Shown here: positions 24,379 through 36,911 of the stretch, in pieces
Position numbering within the stretch: the first letter of the stretch is position 1
Layout of the letters: every line of letters begins with the position of its first letter
Assembly (NCBI GenBank): GCA_039621445.1
Contig: CP154954.1
Location: 18,710,642-18,774,641 of the forward strand
Direction of reading: 5' to 3'
Source of the DNA: Euglena gracilis
Lineage: Eukaryota
Length of the DNA: 64,000 nt
The notes under the pieces: model-generated
Database searches by the model: none
What the model was told of the DNA's origin: nothing
Seen by the model: the letters and a program-made list of their open reading frames with translations, nothing else
Program-made: the position numbers and the translations under genes

Positions 24379-25028
24379 ATCCAGGCCTTTGCTTCCAGAG
24401 TGTACAACACCCCCCCCTCCGACGAAGGCTGGTTTCTGTTGCCAAGATCCAGATCCACAACCCTGATTGCGAGATTATTGCAACAGGCCAAAAAAGGTTT
24501 TTCCAGCTTCGTGGGAGGGTTTGCACCACACCTGCCAGCATATTTTCTATGCCAGCCCTGTTGGAATTAGGGTGTATCTCTTTTCCAACCCATTTCTTGA
24601 CTCAGTTTTGGCCCATTTTTGCGCCCCCGAAAGCCAAAAAAAATTCGTTGCATTCCAGCCCCTTGGCTGGAAACAAATAAACCTTGTTGATGGGGGGAGG
24701 GTGGTCCGGAGCTGGAAAATTGCTTGTGGCTGGCTGGAACCCCCAGGGGTGGTGGAGTCAAATTTATTTAGGCAAGTCAGGGCAAATTTGGGTCAAAGAA
24801 AATCGATTTGTTGCATATTTGGCAGTTTTTTTTGACATTTTTTTGCAGTTTCAGTTTATTGGCACCCGGGGCCGGGGGGGGGGGGTCAGCCAGCAGCCTT
24901 TTTCTAGCCAACCCAAAGTTTCCAGCCTCTGAGCTGGGAAATTTGGACCGCGGGAGGTCGTTAAAAAGCGCCCTGATTGAAATATAATGGCCAGGAAATG
25001 GATTTTTTTTTAAGAAAGTAATTTGCAG

Positions 25029-25129
25029 GCACCAAATCCCAGTCAGTTTCCCCAAAGCAGATCCTGCGAAGGCGTGCTCCTGTCCCAATGACAGAGTCCA
25101 AGCCAAAGCCGAAGGTCTCTTACTTCTAA
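25029..25129 (+). CDS. HADHA: Probable terminal exon of the trifunctional enzyme alpha subunit (5' boundary uncertain)
   Basis: ttgcag acceptor at 25028 is compatible with a phase-1 GT donor at 24377; frame ends ..PVPMTESKPKPKVSYF-TAA. A non-conventional junction further downstream is also possible. Confidence 0.5.
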
Positions 25130-25458
25130 GTCTTCTTACTTCTTTTACCACTTTTCATTGGCTGACGTAGCCAAAATGCAGGTGACAGGAGATGCATTGC
25201 CGATGCTGAACCTGTATTGGGCACGCATTGGAAATCCAATTTGAGGAAAGGGCACCAAAATCATGCGATGATGCCATTTTGCCACAGGGGAAGAGTGGTT
25301 GGGACAGAGGGGCAGTGTGAATCCTGGTCTGGGCTAGGCATCTGTGTCACCGAAATGGTACCGTAAAACAACCTTGTTTGTTTGCATTTAATTTATTTCA
25401 TTTCACTTTTTTGGTCGAGGTATTGGGCCGAAATGAACAAACGCTCTGCTGTCGCAGC

Positions 25459-27125
25459 CAAGCACCTATAGCTAAAATGGCCTAAAATGGCCTAAAATGG
25501 CCTAAAATGGCCTAAAATGACTTTTTGACCCCCTATAGGTGGGGGTCCCTAAAATGGCCTAAAATGGCCTAAAATGGCCTAAAATGGCCTAAAATGGGAA
25601 AAATTCTGTTGCACAACAATTTTTTTGTGAACAATTGAAGCCATTCAGGCAATGACTTTTGGTATCTTTGGTTAATGTGGACGGTAAACAGTGGATTTGG
25701 TGGAGGAGCACAGCCCCACAAGGCCCATGGCTTTATCCCAATAACACTCGTATCAGTCCCCAAATCCACAGCCTCAACCTTTTTTTGGTGGCTGAATTTT
25801 GAAGGTTTGCACAGATTATTTTTTCTTACTCCTATCTTGTTGGTTTGCACCGATGTTTGTTTTGCAAATAATAAAACGGAAGCATGGAGGAAAAGTCAAA
25901 ACAAAGATGAAAGATGTTGGAAAAATCTCAATTGAAATATAAAATTCTCGCATTATCATATAAATATAATTTTTGTAAATTTAATATTTCATTTTTATGA
26001 ATAGACATAAAATTATTATAGATATTCCATGATTTTATGTGGATATTTTGTGTGGGTATTTTATTATTATCAATTTTGTTGATATATTTTCCATATTTAT
26101 AAAGATTTTATAGTCATTAATTTTTTATTGTGGAATTATAAAATATAGCATTAAGATTATATTTAGTGCAGTTTTAGCAATACAAATAACACATGTTTTC
26201 ATACAATTTAGTAATAAAATAGAAATAAGTTGAAATTAATAAATATATGTATTAAGTAAAAATAATATTTATTGATATAATATGTAATTGTACAATAATT
26301 ATTACTGCAATCATATTGTCAATAAAATTGGAATAATATTGGTATATATAATATGAATATGATATATGTTATCGGTCAATAGGTGCAGGATTACGTTTAT
26401 ATATTTCGCTTTTTGCCTGGTGAAATTCAATTTGATTTTGGCATTGTTTTAGGCATGTATATCATTCATTTTATTATTATGATAAATATTTAAAGAATAA
26501 TTATTAAGACCCATAATACAAACAAAAAAAATTATTATTTCCAAAAAAAATATTTTTTTGTTTGTATTATGGATCTTAATAATTATTCTTTAAATATTTA
26601 TCATGATAATAAAATAAATGATATATATGGCTGAAACAATGCCAAAATCAAATTGAATTTCACCAGGCAGCAGCATTATCTTTCAGAAAAAAATGACTTC
26701 TTATTGCGAAATTCCGCAAAATGGTGTAGAATTCACAAAAAACAAAAAAAATTATTTTTTGTCCAACGTTTTTTTTTTGAAAAATTTTCACTGCCGTAAA
26801 TTCTTACTGTTCAGAATTCTCTCTATGAGTATTGAATAGTTCAGTATTCTCTCTCTCTCTCTCTATGAGTATGAATATAGATTTGTTGAGCTTCCCATTG
26901 TTTTGATCAGTGTTCATGAATTTTGCATGCTTTTTTGGATGTACATTTGTTATTTCTGAACAAGAGAAGGTTTGCACACGTTATGATACTGTTTTTGGGA
27001 CAAAAATGACCAAAAATTATGATTTTCAGAACCCCCACCTATAACTTAAAATGGCCTAAAATGGCCTTAAATGTCCTAAAATGGCCTAAAATGGGGAAAT
27101 TTTTGGGCTTGACTATAGGTGCTTG
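25459..27125. mobile_element. Non-autonomous hAT-like element with (CCTAAAATGG)n subterminal arrays
   Basis: TIR CAAGCACCTATAG; perfect 8-bp TSD GTCGCAGC (25451-25458, 27126-27133); very AT-rich core. Confidence 0.88.
26414..26669. repeat. Long near-perfect AT-rich palindrome (~120-bp arms)
   Basis: TGCCTGGTGAAATTCAATTTGATTTTGGCATTG... is mirrored by ...CAATGCCAAAATCAAATTGAATTTCACCAGGCA. Confidence 0.9.
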
Positions 27126-29550
27126 GTCGCAGCTCTTGTGACAGGGTCAAACCATTTGTTGCTGCCCAAAGATTTTTAACTTTTGGGAGAAAGTACGTTG
27201 ACCTAAAGAGAATGGTATTTTTCCGCAAATTGACCCCACCAGCACCATCATTGATATTGTGGGTGAATGTCACGAGAAGCCATATGGTCGGGCATCCAGG
27301 CTTGTGCTCAAGGGTTCGCAGTACCCCCTGGGGGTGGTCGACTGCAGCTAGTTCAAATTTGGCCAGCAGAAATCCGAGCGATTGGAATCAAAATCCGAGT
27401 GATTATTGCGGCATGTGCTGAGGTGGAAATGAGGTTTTTAATGTGTTCTTTTGGCTGATTGTTCCAAAACTGGCCAAATAAATGGGCAATTCGGCCAGTT
27501 TGGGGGTGCATGATTTTTGGCGCTGTTCCCCTCCCCTCCCCTAGATCAAAAATATCTTCCAGTCCTGGTCTAGCTAATGGTTATTTTTCCGGAGTCGAGC
27601 AAATGGCCAGTCAGTAGACCCCCACTCCTCAGGGGCTTTAAGCAAAAAAGCCTGATATTTGCTCTCTTGGCATTGGGTCATTTGTCCCATTTTGAAGGAA
27701 AAAAAGACCCGTCCACAGTTTATTCAGGATGTCTTGCACATATTTTTCTCCTCAGATTTATTTTGCTTTTGCTTGAAGTATTGCAGCCACACATGCAATC
27801 AATGCAAAAGTGTATGCATTTAGTTTATTTCAATTTGGCCAAAGCTCAATTTGTGTAGCGCATTTGGATCCAAGGTGCGTCGAAGTACGATCTTTAATTC
27901 GGCCAACGTCTTATAAAGTGGATTGATTGGCCGTGACGCTTTTTGGGCCAACGGATTTTTTCCCGGAAATTTCTGAGAATAGACATGTCCCCACCACCTT
28001 TCAACGGCAGATTCCCGCAAGTGACCATGTGATTTTACCAATTTTTTGATTCCGCAAGATCCTCTCCCACCACGACAATCCTATTGCGTTCGGGAACGGG
28101 GAAATGATAAGAAAGAGGGAGACCCAGTTTGTTTGTTTTTTGTGGTATTTTGTGTGTTTTTGGTTTGGCAATTGACATGAAAAATCCCCAATTTGGTTTC
28201 CACGAGATTTTTATGCCCATTTTTTTCAGTGGTCATTTTGAATCTTTCTGATTTTAATTTGAGTTTTTCTGCTTCGTTTGGTGGTCCCCCCCGCGCTTTC
28301 GTCCCTCTCATGACAAATTGGTGGTGTTCTGTGTTTGGGCAATGCATTTCTGGCTCTCATCTTGCATTTCCGTTCCATTCTCTGAATGGAGAAATGGCAA
28401 TTCAAAGCGAAACGCACCGCAACTCCTTTGGACCCCATTGCTGTTGCCGTCTTTCGTTATTTGACCTTTTGAAAAGTTTTCAGAGTGGGCTTTCACAGGC
28501 CCCTCCAAAGGCTCCACTCATTGGGTACGTTGGCTCAGTGCCCACTCTGAGGGTCCAAAAATTGGCGGAAATGTCAACACTGGGGGGAGGGATTGCACAG
28601 GAATTCCTGGCATTTTTTTTGGGTGGCGCGTGGGGGGGCAGTGGCCAGAGTTCTTTCACCACTGCTGGGCCCAACCCAACCACTTTGGGCCAGCACACCC
28701 CCAAAGACCCTCCCTGACAAGCACCTCCGTTGCTGGGCGAGGGAGGGTTTTTTTTGGGGGGACCAAACTCCGCAAAAAACCGACGAGAAGAAGAACACCT
28801 TCCGGGGCCACCCGTCTTCCTTCTTCACCGACTTTTATGACCTTTTTTTAAGAGGCCGAAAACGGCCGAGCGGGGAAGTCAAAAAATACCCTTCGAACTG
28901 CCTTCGCGACCCAGAAATTTAGAGAGATCTTCTTTGGACAACGAAAACACCCCAGTGACTGCAGAAATTCTGCTCCCTGGAGGAAGCCCGCAAGGGCGGA
29001 AGGGACACTAGGGCGAAGCGCAAAGACCTTGTGAGGCCACGCCTTGCCCTGTGCTACTACCCCGGGCTCCGCAATTTGCCCTTGTGAGGCCATACCTTGC
29101 TCGCCGGCGGTGTGCTGTGGATCTTTTTGGTTTGCTGGGTTAGGCGGTCCCGCGCAGTGCCTTTCTCGCCGGAGATGGCCGACTCCCATTTTTCCCTTCG
29201 ACATCCAAGAAAAAAGGACCTGAAAACCTTATCCACTGGAAGAAGAAGAAGTCCACTGAACTAAGTTCAAATATCCGGGGAGGCAGGCTCGTGAACAACA
29301 AAAAAAAGAAATTGTTGAGTTTTTTTTGAAAGAAGTTCAAGGAAAGATGCCATTTCAAAGATGCACAGCGCTGGAGAACTTCAAGAGGGAGAAGCCGAAG
29401 CAGCTGGACAACCTGACGACGTGGACCGACCGTTGCGAACCGTGGCTGCTCCTTACCCATCAGAAAATTCAAAATCCAAAAAAACACCCGAAGTGACAAC
29501 CACGGACCACGGCAGACAGTGGTCAGAAGACCCCGGAGGGAGCAGAAGAA

Positions 29551-31850
29551 TCGCACTCCCTCGAGGCAAGCGGATCTGGGAGGAAGGGACACCGAGGGCG
29601 AGGCACAAAGACATTGTGAGGCCATACCTCGCTCGCCGGCGGTTTGTTGTGATTGTTTTGTGCGCTGTGTTAGGAGGTCACGCTTAGTGCCGCCTCGCCG
29701 GAGTTGGCTGCTGATGCTTCTCAGACGTGACGACGTGGCTTCTGTCCCTTGGGGGTCCCCCACCCACCTCCCCCCCCCCTGGCCCGCGTCTTCTGACCGA
29801 GGGTGTTTGAACACAAATTTCCGGACATTGGCGGGGGGGGGGGTCGGGCTCACAACGACTTTGTGCTTCGCCCTTGGTGTCCCTTCCGCCCTGGTCGGCT
29901 TGCCGCGAGGGAGTACGAGACACCTCGGGCTCCGCACTTTGCCATTGTGAGGCCAGATTGTGCACTGAAATTAGGGGGGCCAGGGCATTCTCTAAAGCAC
30001 CTTGGCCACCAAGTCTTTGGTAATGGGCTGTAGAAGCCTCCACCCCCTTCCACTGACCAATTTCACAAACTTCTTGGGCAGAAAGGCCCAATTTTTTGAG
30101 CAAACCAACCAGCTCTGGTGGAGTGGGGTCCCCAAACTTGGGGGGTCCCGATGTTGGGATAAAAAGTGTTTTTGTAATGGAATCAACTGTATCAGCACTT
30201 ATGGTTTTATAGGGGGGTTTTAACGAAATTAAAAGGGGACCCTCAGGTTTCACAAAGAAACGTGTTGCTGCCGCATAGGACATCATCAAATGAAAGGGAC
30301 TGATATAGGGACGGTGAGGAATTGCAACAACTCTCTCCCACTTGTGGAACTTCTGGCCTTTACGCTTAATTTTGATCTAGGCAGCCCCACCCAACACACT
30401 GGTGGTTCTTTGGACCTGTGCCAAATCTGAACTTCTGTATAAACAGAGGATTCGTGAACAGAAAATGAGTTGTGTACGCAATGTACATATATCAGAGGGC
30501 AGGGGGGACTGTGCCAGCCCCAGGAGGATTGGGACGGGATCCCAAAAAGCACCATACTTCTCCAGATTTTGGTTCCAAAGCCTTTTGTAAGGGGCTAAAA
30601 TTCCATGGAACTTCAGACCACCAAGGCTTGAAGTTAAAAGCCAGGGATTAAAAGCATAGCACAGTATGCATTACGGGCCTGTGCCTTTGAAAATTGAAAA
30701 AGTTGTATTAAAGCGTCAACCCCTTAGTCAGTGGTGGCTGTAGGGGGGGGGGGGTAACCCCCTTTTCCAGAATGACCCATAGAAGCGTAATGGCGTTTTG
30801 GTAACGCCCTATACTGGGGTTTCTTCCCAGGAAATTGTTAGTGGACTTACTTTGTATTTGTTTCCCTTCCAAAATTTGCCTGAGCAAATCATGCAACGAA
30901 CGGGCCACCTGGGGGGTGGCATTTTTTCTCCCCTGCAATTGGTGAAAATACCCCTGTAGGGGGTTATTTTCAGGCAGGGGGTCCCTGGAACTTTCATTTT
31001 TATTAACTGCGGCCACCAGGTGGCTGAATCCCAGTAGGTGGTTACCATCAAATCTTTTGTCTGCAGAAAATTTTTCAATCTGGGGAGGAATTTTTGAATT
31101 ACTGACCAGGGGGGGGGGGTTGCATAAAGGTGCCCCAGATTGTCCAGGGGACATTGCTGTGCATCCACTGCTGAGGACTCCAAGTGGAGGCCTCAGCAGT
31201 TAACAGGATTTTTTCTGCCTGGTTCAGGTCCAGGTTGGTTCTGGTTTTTGAATGAGGGGACAAGTTTGGGTGGCATACAATTGCTTACCGACCCCGGGGT
31301 GGGGAGGGGGTCACTCACTTTTTGAAAAACCAGTCAGTCACTCATTTTCAAAAAACCAGCCAGTCACTACCCCCCCGGGGGGGGGGGGGTCGGCCACTCA
31401 GAAAAACGGCCACTTTCCAGTCGCTTTAGGCAATTTTAAGTCCAAAAAAGTTTTCCGGCGCCTTCGGCGCCCGGGTCACTCAAGCCACTTTTGCCCACTC
31501 CTGGCCGACCCCCCCCCAGGGGGGAGGGGGTCCGGGCCAAAAACCAGTCAGTCACTCTGAAAAAAACCAGTCACCCACCCCCCCGGGGGGGGTGGGGTCG
31601 GTCAGTGCTTAAGCAACTGCCTGTTGGGGGGGTTGACCCAAGGCGGTTGAATGCCATCTTTAATAATTTGGCAGGTTGCCAGGGGGGGGATTTTTCTGCC
31701 ACCATTTTAGACTTTTTTTGCAGTCTCTGGTGTAGGGGAGGGAATTTCCCCATTTTTCCTCCATCGAATTTATTCCCCAATCAGTTGATATACTGGGGGT
31801 TGTGTTGGGGGTGTTGGACATTTGTGAGTGGTCCAGGTGCATTTTTATAG
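29551..31850 (-). mobile_element. Degenerate, internally deleted DIRS copy
   Basis: Colinear similarity to 36838-38470 (right ITR, ICR ~29846-29955, YR and methylase remnants with frameshifts), then a jump to pre-RT sequence (PLHQRLQK); small TIR element inserted at ~31278-31619; further ITR-like fragment at ~28974-29110. Confidence 0.85.
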
Positions 31851-33463
31851 TCACCATGAAATCACAGGCTGAAGCCTAATTCAAACAGGCAGATCCTGTG
31901 TGTCCCAGTGGGCTGTATGTAGCCTCTTCGTGTGTGGAAAATTCTGGGGAGGTGTGTACGCTTTGCATTTCAAAAAGAAGGCACTCGAGAAAATGGCCTT
32001 CAATGGAAAACGTAGAACGAACAAGCCTCTGCTACCAGTTTTCTCCTCTCGCCGGTTCGGTGGCCGTGCGCGGAATGGGCTCCCCGGCAGGCGGAGTGGG
32101 GGGAAACAGTCACCCGACGCTCCGGTAAAAATAGGCGCCCCAAAAACTCCCTTTTTTTTGTGTCTTTCGGTCCCTGAATTCAGCCAGAACCTGGGTTCCG
32201 GCAGCCAAATAATTCAAAAAATGGGGGGGGGCGGTATTTTTGGCCTACTCCTTCTTGGGGGTGTCTCTAAAGCAGTAGGGGGGGTGGGAGGAAAAGCCTG
32301 GTTTGAATTTTAAAAAATGGTAGTGGGGGGGTAGCGGAAGAACACCTTCACCTTGCTTCCCAGCACTGCTTGCTCTTCCTTCTTTCGAAATTGATTTGCT
32401 GCCTTTTGTTTGACCTCCGAAGTGACTTTTTGAAATTCTTGGACAATTGTTTTCTCGAATTCAGAATAATATTTTAATTCTTCTTGATTCAGCACGCACA
32501 ATTCCTTGAATGAACCATTCGGAAAAGAGAACCTGGGGGGGGAGTACACAGGTAAAAAAGTAGCGGAATGGGGCAGAAAATTCGCTAATTCAGGTGCGCA
32601 GGCGCCAGGCCGCCTCCCGCCGCCCACATGGCTGGCCCGTGCATAATCGGCTGGGACACTGCAATTTCTGGGCTTCTCTGACCAAAAAACTGCTGGCTGG
32701 TTGACTGAGCCGGCTCCTGCATGATGGGCTTGGCTGGCCCGTGCATGCCTGGCTGGGCTGGCCCTTGCAGGATTGGTTGTGGCTGGGCTAACTCCTGCCC
32801 AGCTGACTGAGCTAGTGCTACAGCTGGCTGGGGCTGGGCTGGCCCCCCGACTGTTGACTGGGGCTGGGCTGCCCCTCCGACAGCCGTCTGTTGCTGGGCT
32901 GGCCCTGCGTTTGGCTGGTGCTGGGCTGGCCCTGCTTTTGGAGATGCAATTCCTAATTGAAATTGCAAACGGGCTTCAACTCCCAAAACTCTCGTGGGTA
33001 AAAACTTGCTGACTCATTTCTGCTGGCTGTGGCTGGCACTGAGCTGGCGTTGGGCTGGGCTGTGCAATTCCAATCAAAAATTGCGACTCAGCCCGCCCAA
33101 TTTCCAGACCCCCTGGGACTGAAAATTGTTGAACACCAGCGTCACACCTTGCCACTTCGTCGTCTTGCTTGCTGGGCTTCTGGTCCCGTCGGCCTTCCTC
33201 GTTCAACTGATAATATTTCGGTCCGCTGCCAATTGAACTTCTGGCCTCCACAGGGCCTCGGTCCTCTTGGCCCTCTCGCAGCACCTGAGGCATGGACGCC
33301 TGCAACAAACTGGAATTCTTTTCAAATAGGTTGGGAGGCAACAGAAAACTTTCATGGTGACCCAGATTGTTGTAATCAGCAAAAAACACCTGGGGTTCCG
33401 TCTGGAAACCCCCTTGGATTTCCCTTAATTGTAATGTCGGCGACATTACAAACCAACACCACA

Positions 33464-34805
33464 TGTGAGGGCGGGGGCCCTGGCCCAGATGGCCTTTTCC
33501 TTGGCATTGCAATCTCCAATCTGGACTTTTTCAGTGATATCTGAAACTTGCCCAAAACTTGATCTTTTCTGCCTTCCAACCTTCCCAGATCACTGGCAAT
33601 GTAAAATAAAAGCAGTACTCATACTCCACGCAAACAGTACATGACCCTTGCCACCTGCAAAGTAAGGCAGCAGGTGTAATTAGGAATCTGCGCGAACCTA
33701 CACCCCCCTGCTTCAAGACCTTGTCAACGACAAGGTCACACAACACCGTAGGCCAGTGAGCGCTGGGAGCCCCTGGGTGTCGTTGGGGTGCCCTTGCCAT
33801 CATTGATGCCTCAATGACAGAGAAGGAATCCCAACCGCCCAGGGCATCCCCCCAGAGCCTTTGGAAAAACTGTCGCAAACTGGTCCTTCCCCCCTTTTTC
33901 GACCAGCTTGCCACAGTAATCCCCAAAGGGTAGGGAGATGGCCAACAAAAAAAAACAAAGCGGGAGGGAATTGTGATTCGGAGGGGGAAAAATTGCAAAG
34001 CGGAAATGCAAAGCGAACCGACGCGATTGTCCACAGCCAAGTCCAATTACCACCACCTCGACGCCAAATCACACACGGCGGAGGGTTTCTGCGTAAACGC
34101 TCGGATAAGCCACAACCCGAGGGGCAGCAGCCAGCGGCATTGCCACAGCCGTACGCGGCGATGACCACATTCGACCACCAGTAATTGAAATTGCGCGGCC
34201 ATCCACAGCCACAGCAGCAGCAGCCTGCAATGTAAAATCTTCCCACGAATCTGCCAAATCTTACTCCTGCTGGCGGCTGGCGGCTGCAATCTGCTGCCGC
34301 CTCCTCCGTCTCTGGAGTGTTCTGGGCTTCAGCTTGACTCCATCTGTCCGAACTTCCCTGTCCACAGTGGTAATCCCAGATGAGGATTCGTCCAATCTTG
34401 GAGATTGTGATGCCACAGGCATGGCCATGTCAGACACATCCTTTGACATTTCCTCTGCTTTCAGACTTGACTTCTGAGGTTTGCTGGCCGGATTCCAATT
34501 GCTCTTCTCAGGCCATTGGCCCCCTTGGTGGCAATCTTGGTTTGTCTGTTTGTACGGGAGTTGTACTGTTTGTGAGGGCGGGGGCCCTGGCCCAGATGGC
34601 CTTTTCCTTGGCATTGCAATCTCCAATCTGGACTTTTTCAGTGATATCTGAAACTTGCCCAAAACTTGATCTTTTCTGCCTTCCAACCTTCCCAGATCAC
34701 TGGCAATGTAAAATAAAAGCAGTACTCATACTCCACGCAAACAGTACATGACCCTTGCCACCTGCAAAGTAAGGCAGCAGGTGTAATTAGGAATCTGCGC
34801 GAACC
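33464..34805. repeat. Pair of apparently identical 235-bp direct repeats (33464-33698, 34571-34805)
   Basis: TGTGAGGGCGGGGGCCCTGG...GGAATCTGCGCGAACC occurs twice; the ORF track gives identical peptide starts at both. Confidence 0.9.
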
Positions 34806-36911
34806 AACACATGGCTGCTGTCTTCAAACCAATGATGACAGTCATCACCAAAAAATCCAACTCATCACCGCAACCAGTTCCATAATTGTTGGTGTCTGAA
34901 AGTTTTCCTCTGCGAACCTGAGGGCAAAACAACTTACATAGACAAAATCATTCACTGACAATCCAACCAAAAAACTGATTGCAGCTTTCTCCCCTCTGAT
35001 TATCATGTTTACGCTGGGAAACATGTATTTTGAAATTGCTGAAAAACACAAAACAGCAACCACAGCACAAACCTCTGCGACCATGTTAACGCGGGGCGCT
35101 CACCCCGAGTCCGCCCCCCCCCCCCCGAGGAGGAACCCGGCGGCGTACGATCTTTATTCTCCACCTCAGTTTCAGGGGATCCAACACCAACTCGAATCCC
35201 TTCAGGATCTTCTCTGGGTTCCCTTTTGGGTAAAACCATGGTGGGCTCAGGTCCCTGATTCCTACCCAAACCCACTGTCATGTCCAGGGGGCGGAAGAAC
35301 TCCCAGCCATCTGGTCTCTTTCCCAAACCCACACCAACACTCCCGCAAGAAACATTTACAGGCTGTTTCTGGATAAATGCAAGGCCTGTGTTGGAAAAAC
35401 AAAGCCCAAACAAACAGGCAAAACAACCTGACTTCGCAACCAACAAAACAAAGTTTCACGAGTGACCGTTAAGCCAATGTTACCGCAGTTTCAACTTCTG
35501 ACAATGCCTTTTTTCGATTTGCTTGACTTCTTTCAATGATGTTTCATAGTCCAAGAATCTTAACAACTTGCATCTTTGAGAAACTTGGAAAACTGGGAAA
35601 CCCACTGTGGAAAGTGGAACATGAAAACAAATGTGCGGAACGCGGGCAACTCAAATGAGACTATGCGACATACCAACCCCCACCTCCCAATACAGCCCAC
35701 TGCCCTTTGCATGTGCTGACAGGGTTATTGGAAGGTTACTGATTAGGCATGGCCACAGATTAGGATAGGAGCCTATGAAGGCACTCCCTACCTTTGGCGT
35801 CATTCCCTCCTCTCTTCCTGCGCCCTGTCCCCCAGGTCCCACACTCTGGAAAATGACTTTGGCCATTATTCCGTATGTGAGATCATTCCAGGTCACACAC
35901 CAGTTTAACCAAACACAGGGCCACACACTGGCTCGCACAAGCTTCCAAACAAACGGTCATTCACCTTTCTGGAGGCGCAGGGGCTATGTGCGTCACACAC
36001 TCCCCCCCCTTTAGCGCTCAGAAAGACCTTGAATCCCCCACCCCCCGTGGGGATACTAAGAGGCACATTTCTCCCGCCTCGGCAGGAGGTACCCAAGGAC
36101 CTGCCCCCCCCCCCAAAACCTCAGGAGGGGCGGGACAATTTCTCCTCACTCCTCACATTGTTCGCAGGATGAGCGGACTTACCACAGGAAGCCTCACCCC
36201 CCCCTTCAGCGGAGTGGGTGTTCTTCCTGCAGGTTTCCCGGACCCCCCCACAGGAGGAGGTGGCTAATCTCCCACAAACACCCACTCATTAGCCCGACGT
36301 CCTCCACCTGCACGGAAGTATTCTTCCATAATAAAGCCCCAGCCCCTCTGGAGCTCTGAGGTTTCCAATGGGTGATGTTAACCCCCCTCTGCAGAATTTC
36401 CTTGCAATGCGGAGCCCGACTTGCCCCGGACTCCCACGACACGGGAAGGGCGAGGAATGGGCCAGGATGGCAGAGCAAAAGAAGATGGTGAGTGAGCCCA
36501 ACCCCTCCCTTCCCAGAGAAACACTAGAAAAAGAAAGACGTCCCAGCCAGAAAGGGTGACCACAGCCAAAAACCCGAGACCCTCCAACCAGAAAGGCCCC
36601 AAAAAGAGACAACAATCTCCGCCAGCGTGGGAGACACCCGCAAAAGACAATTTGACAGGACAGGGCGTGTCCACAATAGTTCAGCGTTGCAAAGGTGTCG
36701 GATGAGGCCTCATCTTCGCCAACTCCGGCAGCAAATGTGCACTTACAAGCACCTGCACGCACACCAACCAGACGCAGGAGCAAAGCAGCTTGCAAAGAAA
36801 GCAGGACCTCACCATCTTCTTGTGCTTCGCCCTCCTAGTCTCGTACTCCCTCGAGGCAAGCCGAGAAGGGAGGAAGGGACACCGAGGGCGAAGCACAAAG
36901 ACATTGTGAGG

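Noticed and set aside
27820-28041. Possible DDE transposase C-terminal remnant (..YKTLAELKIVLRR..)
   Set aside because: Too short, with no catalytic motif or termini to support it.
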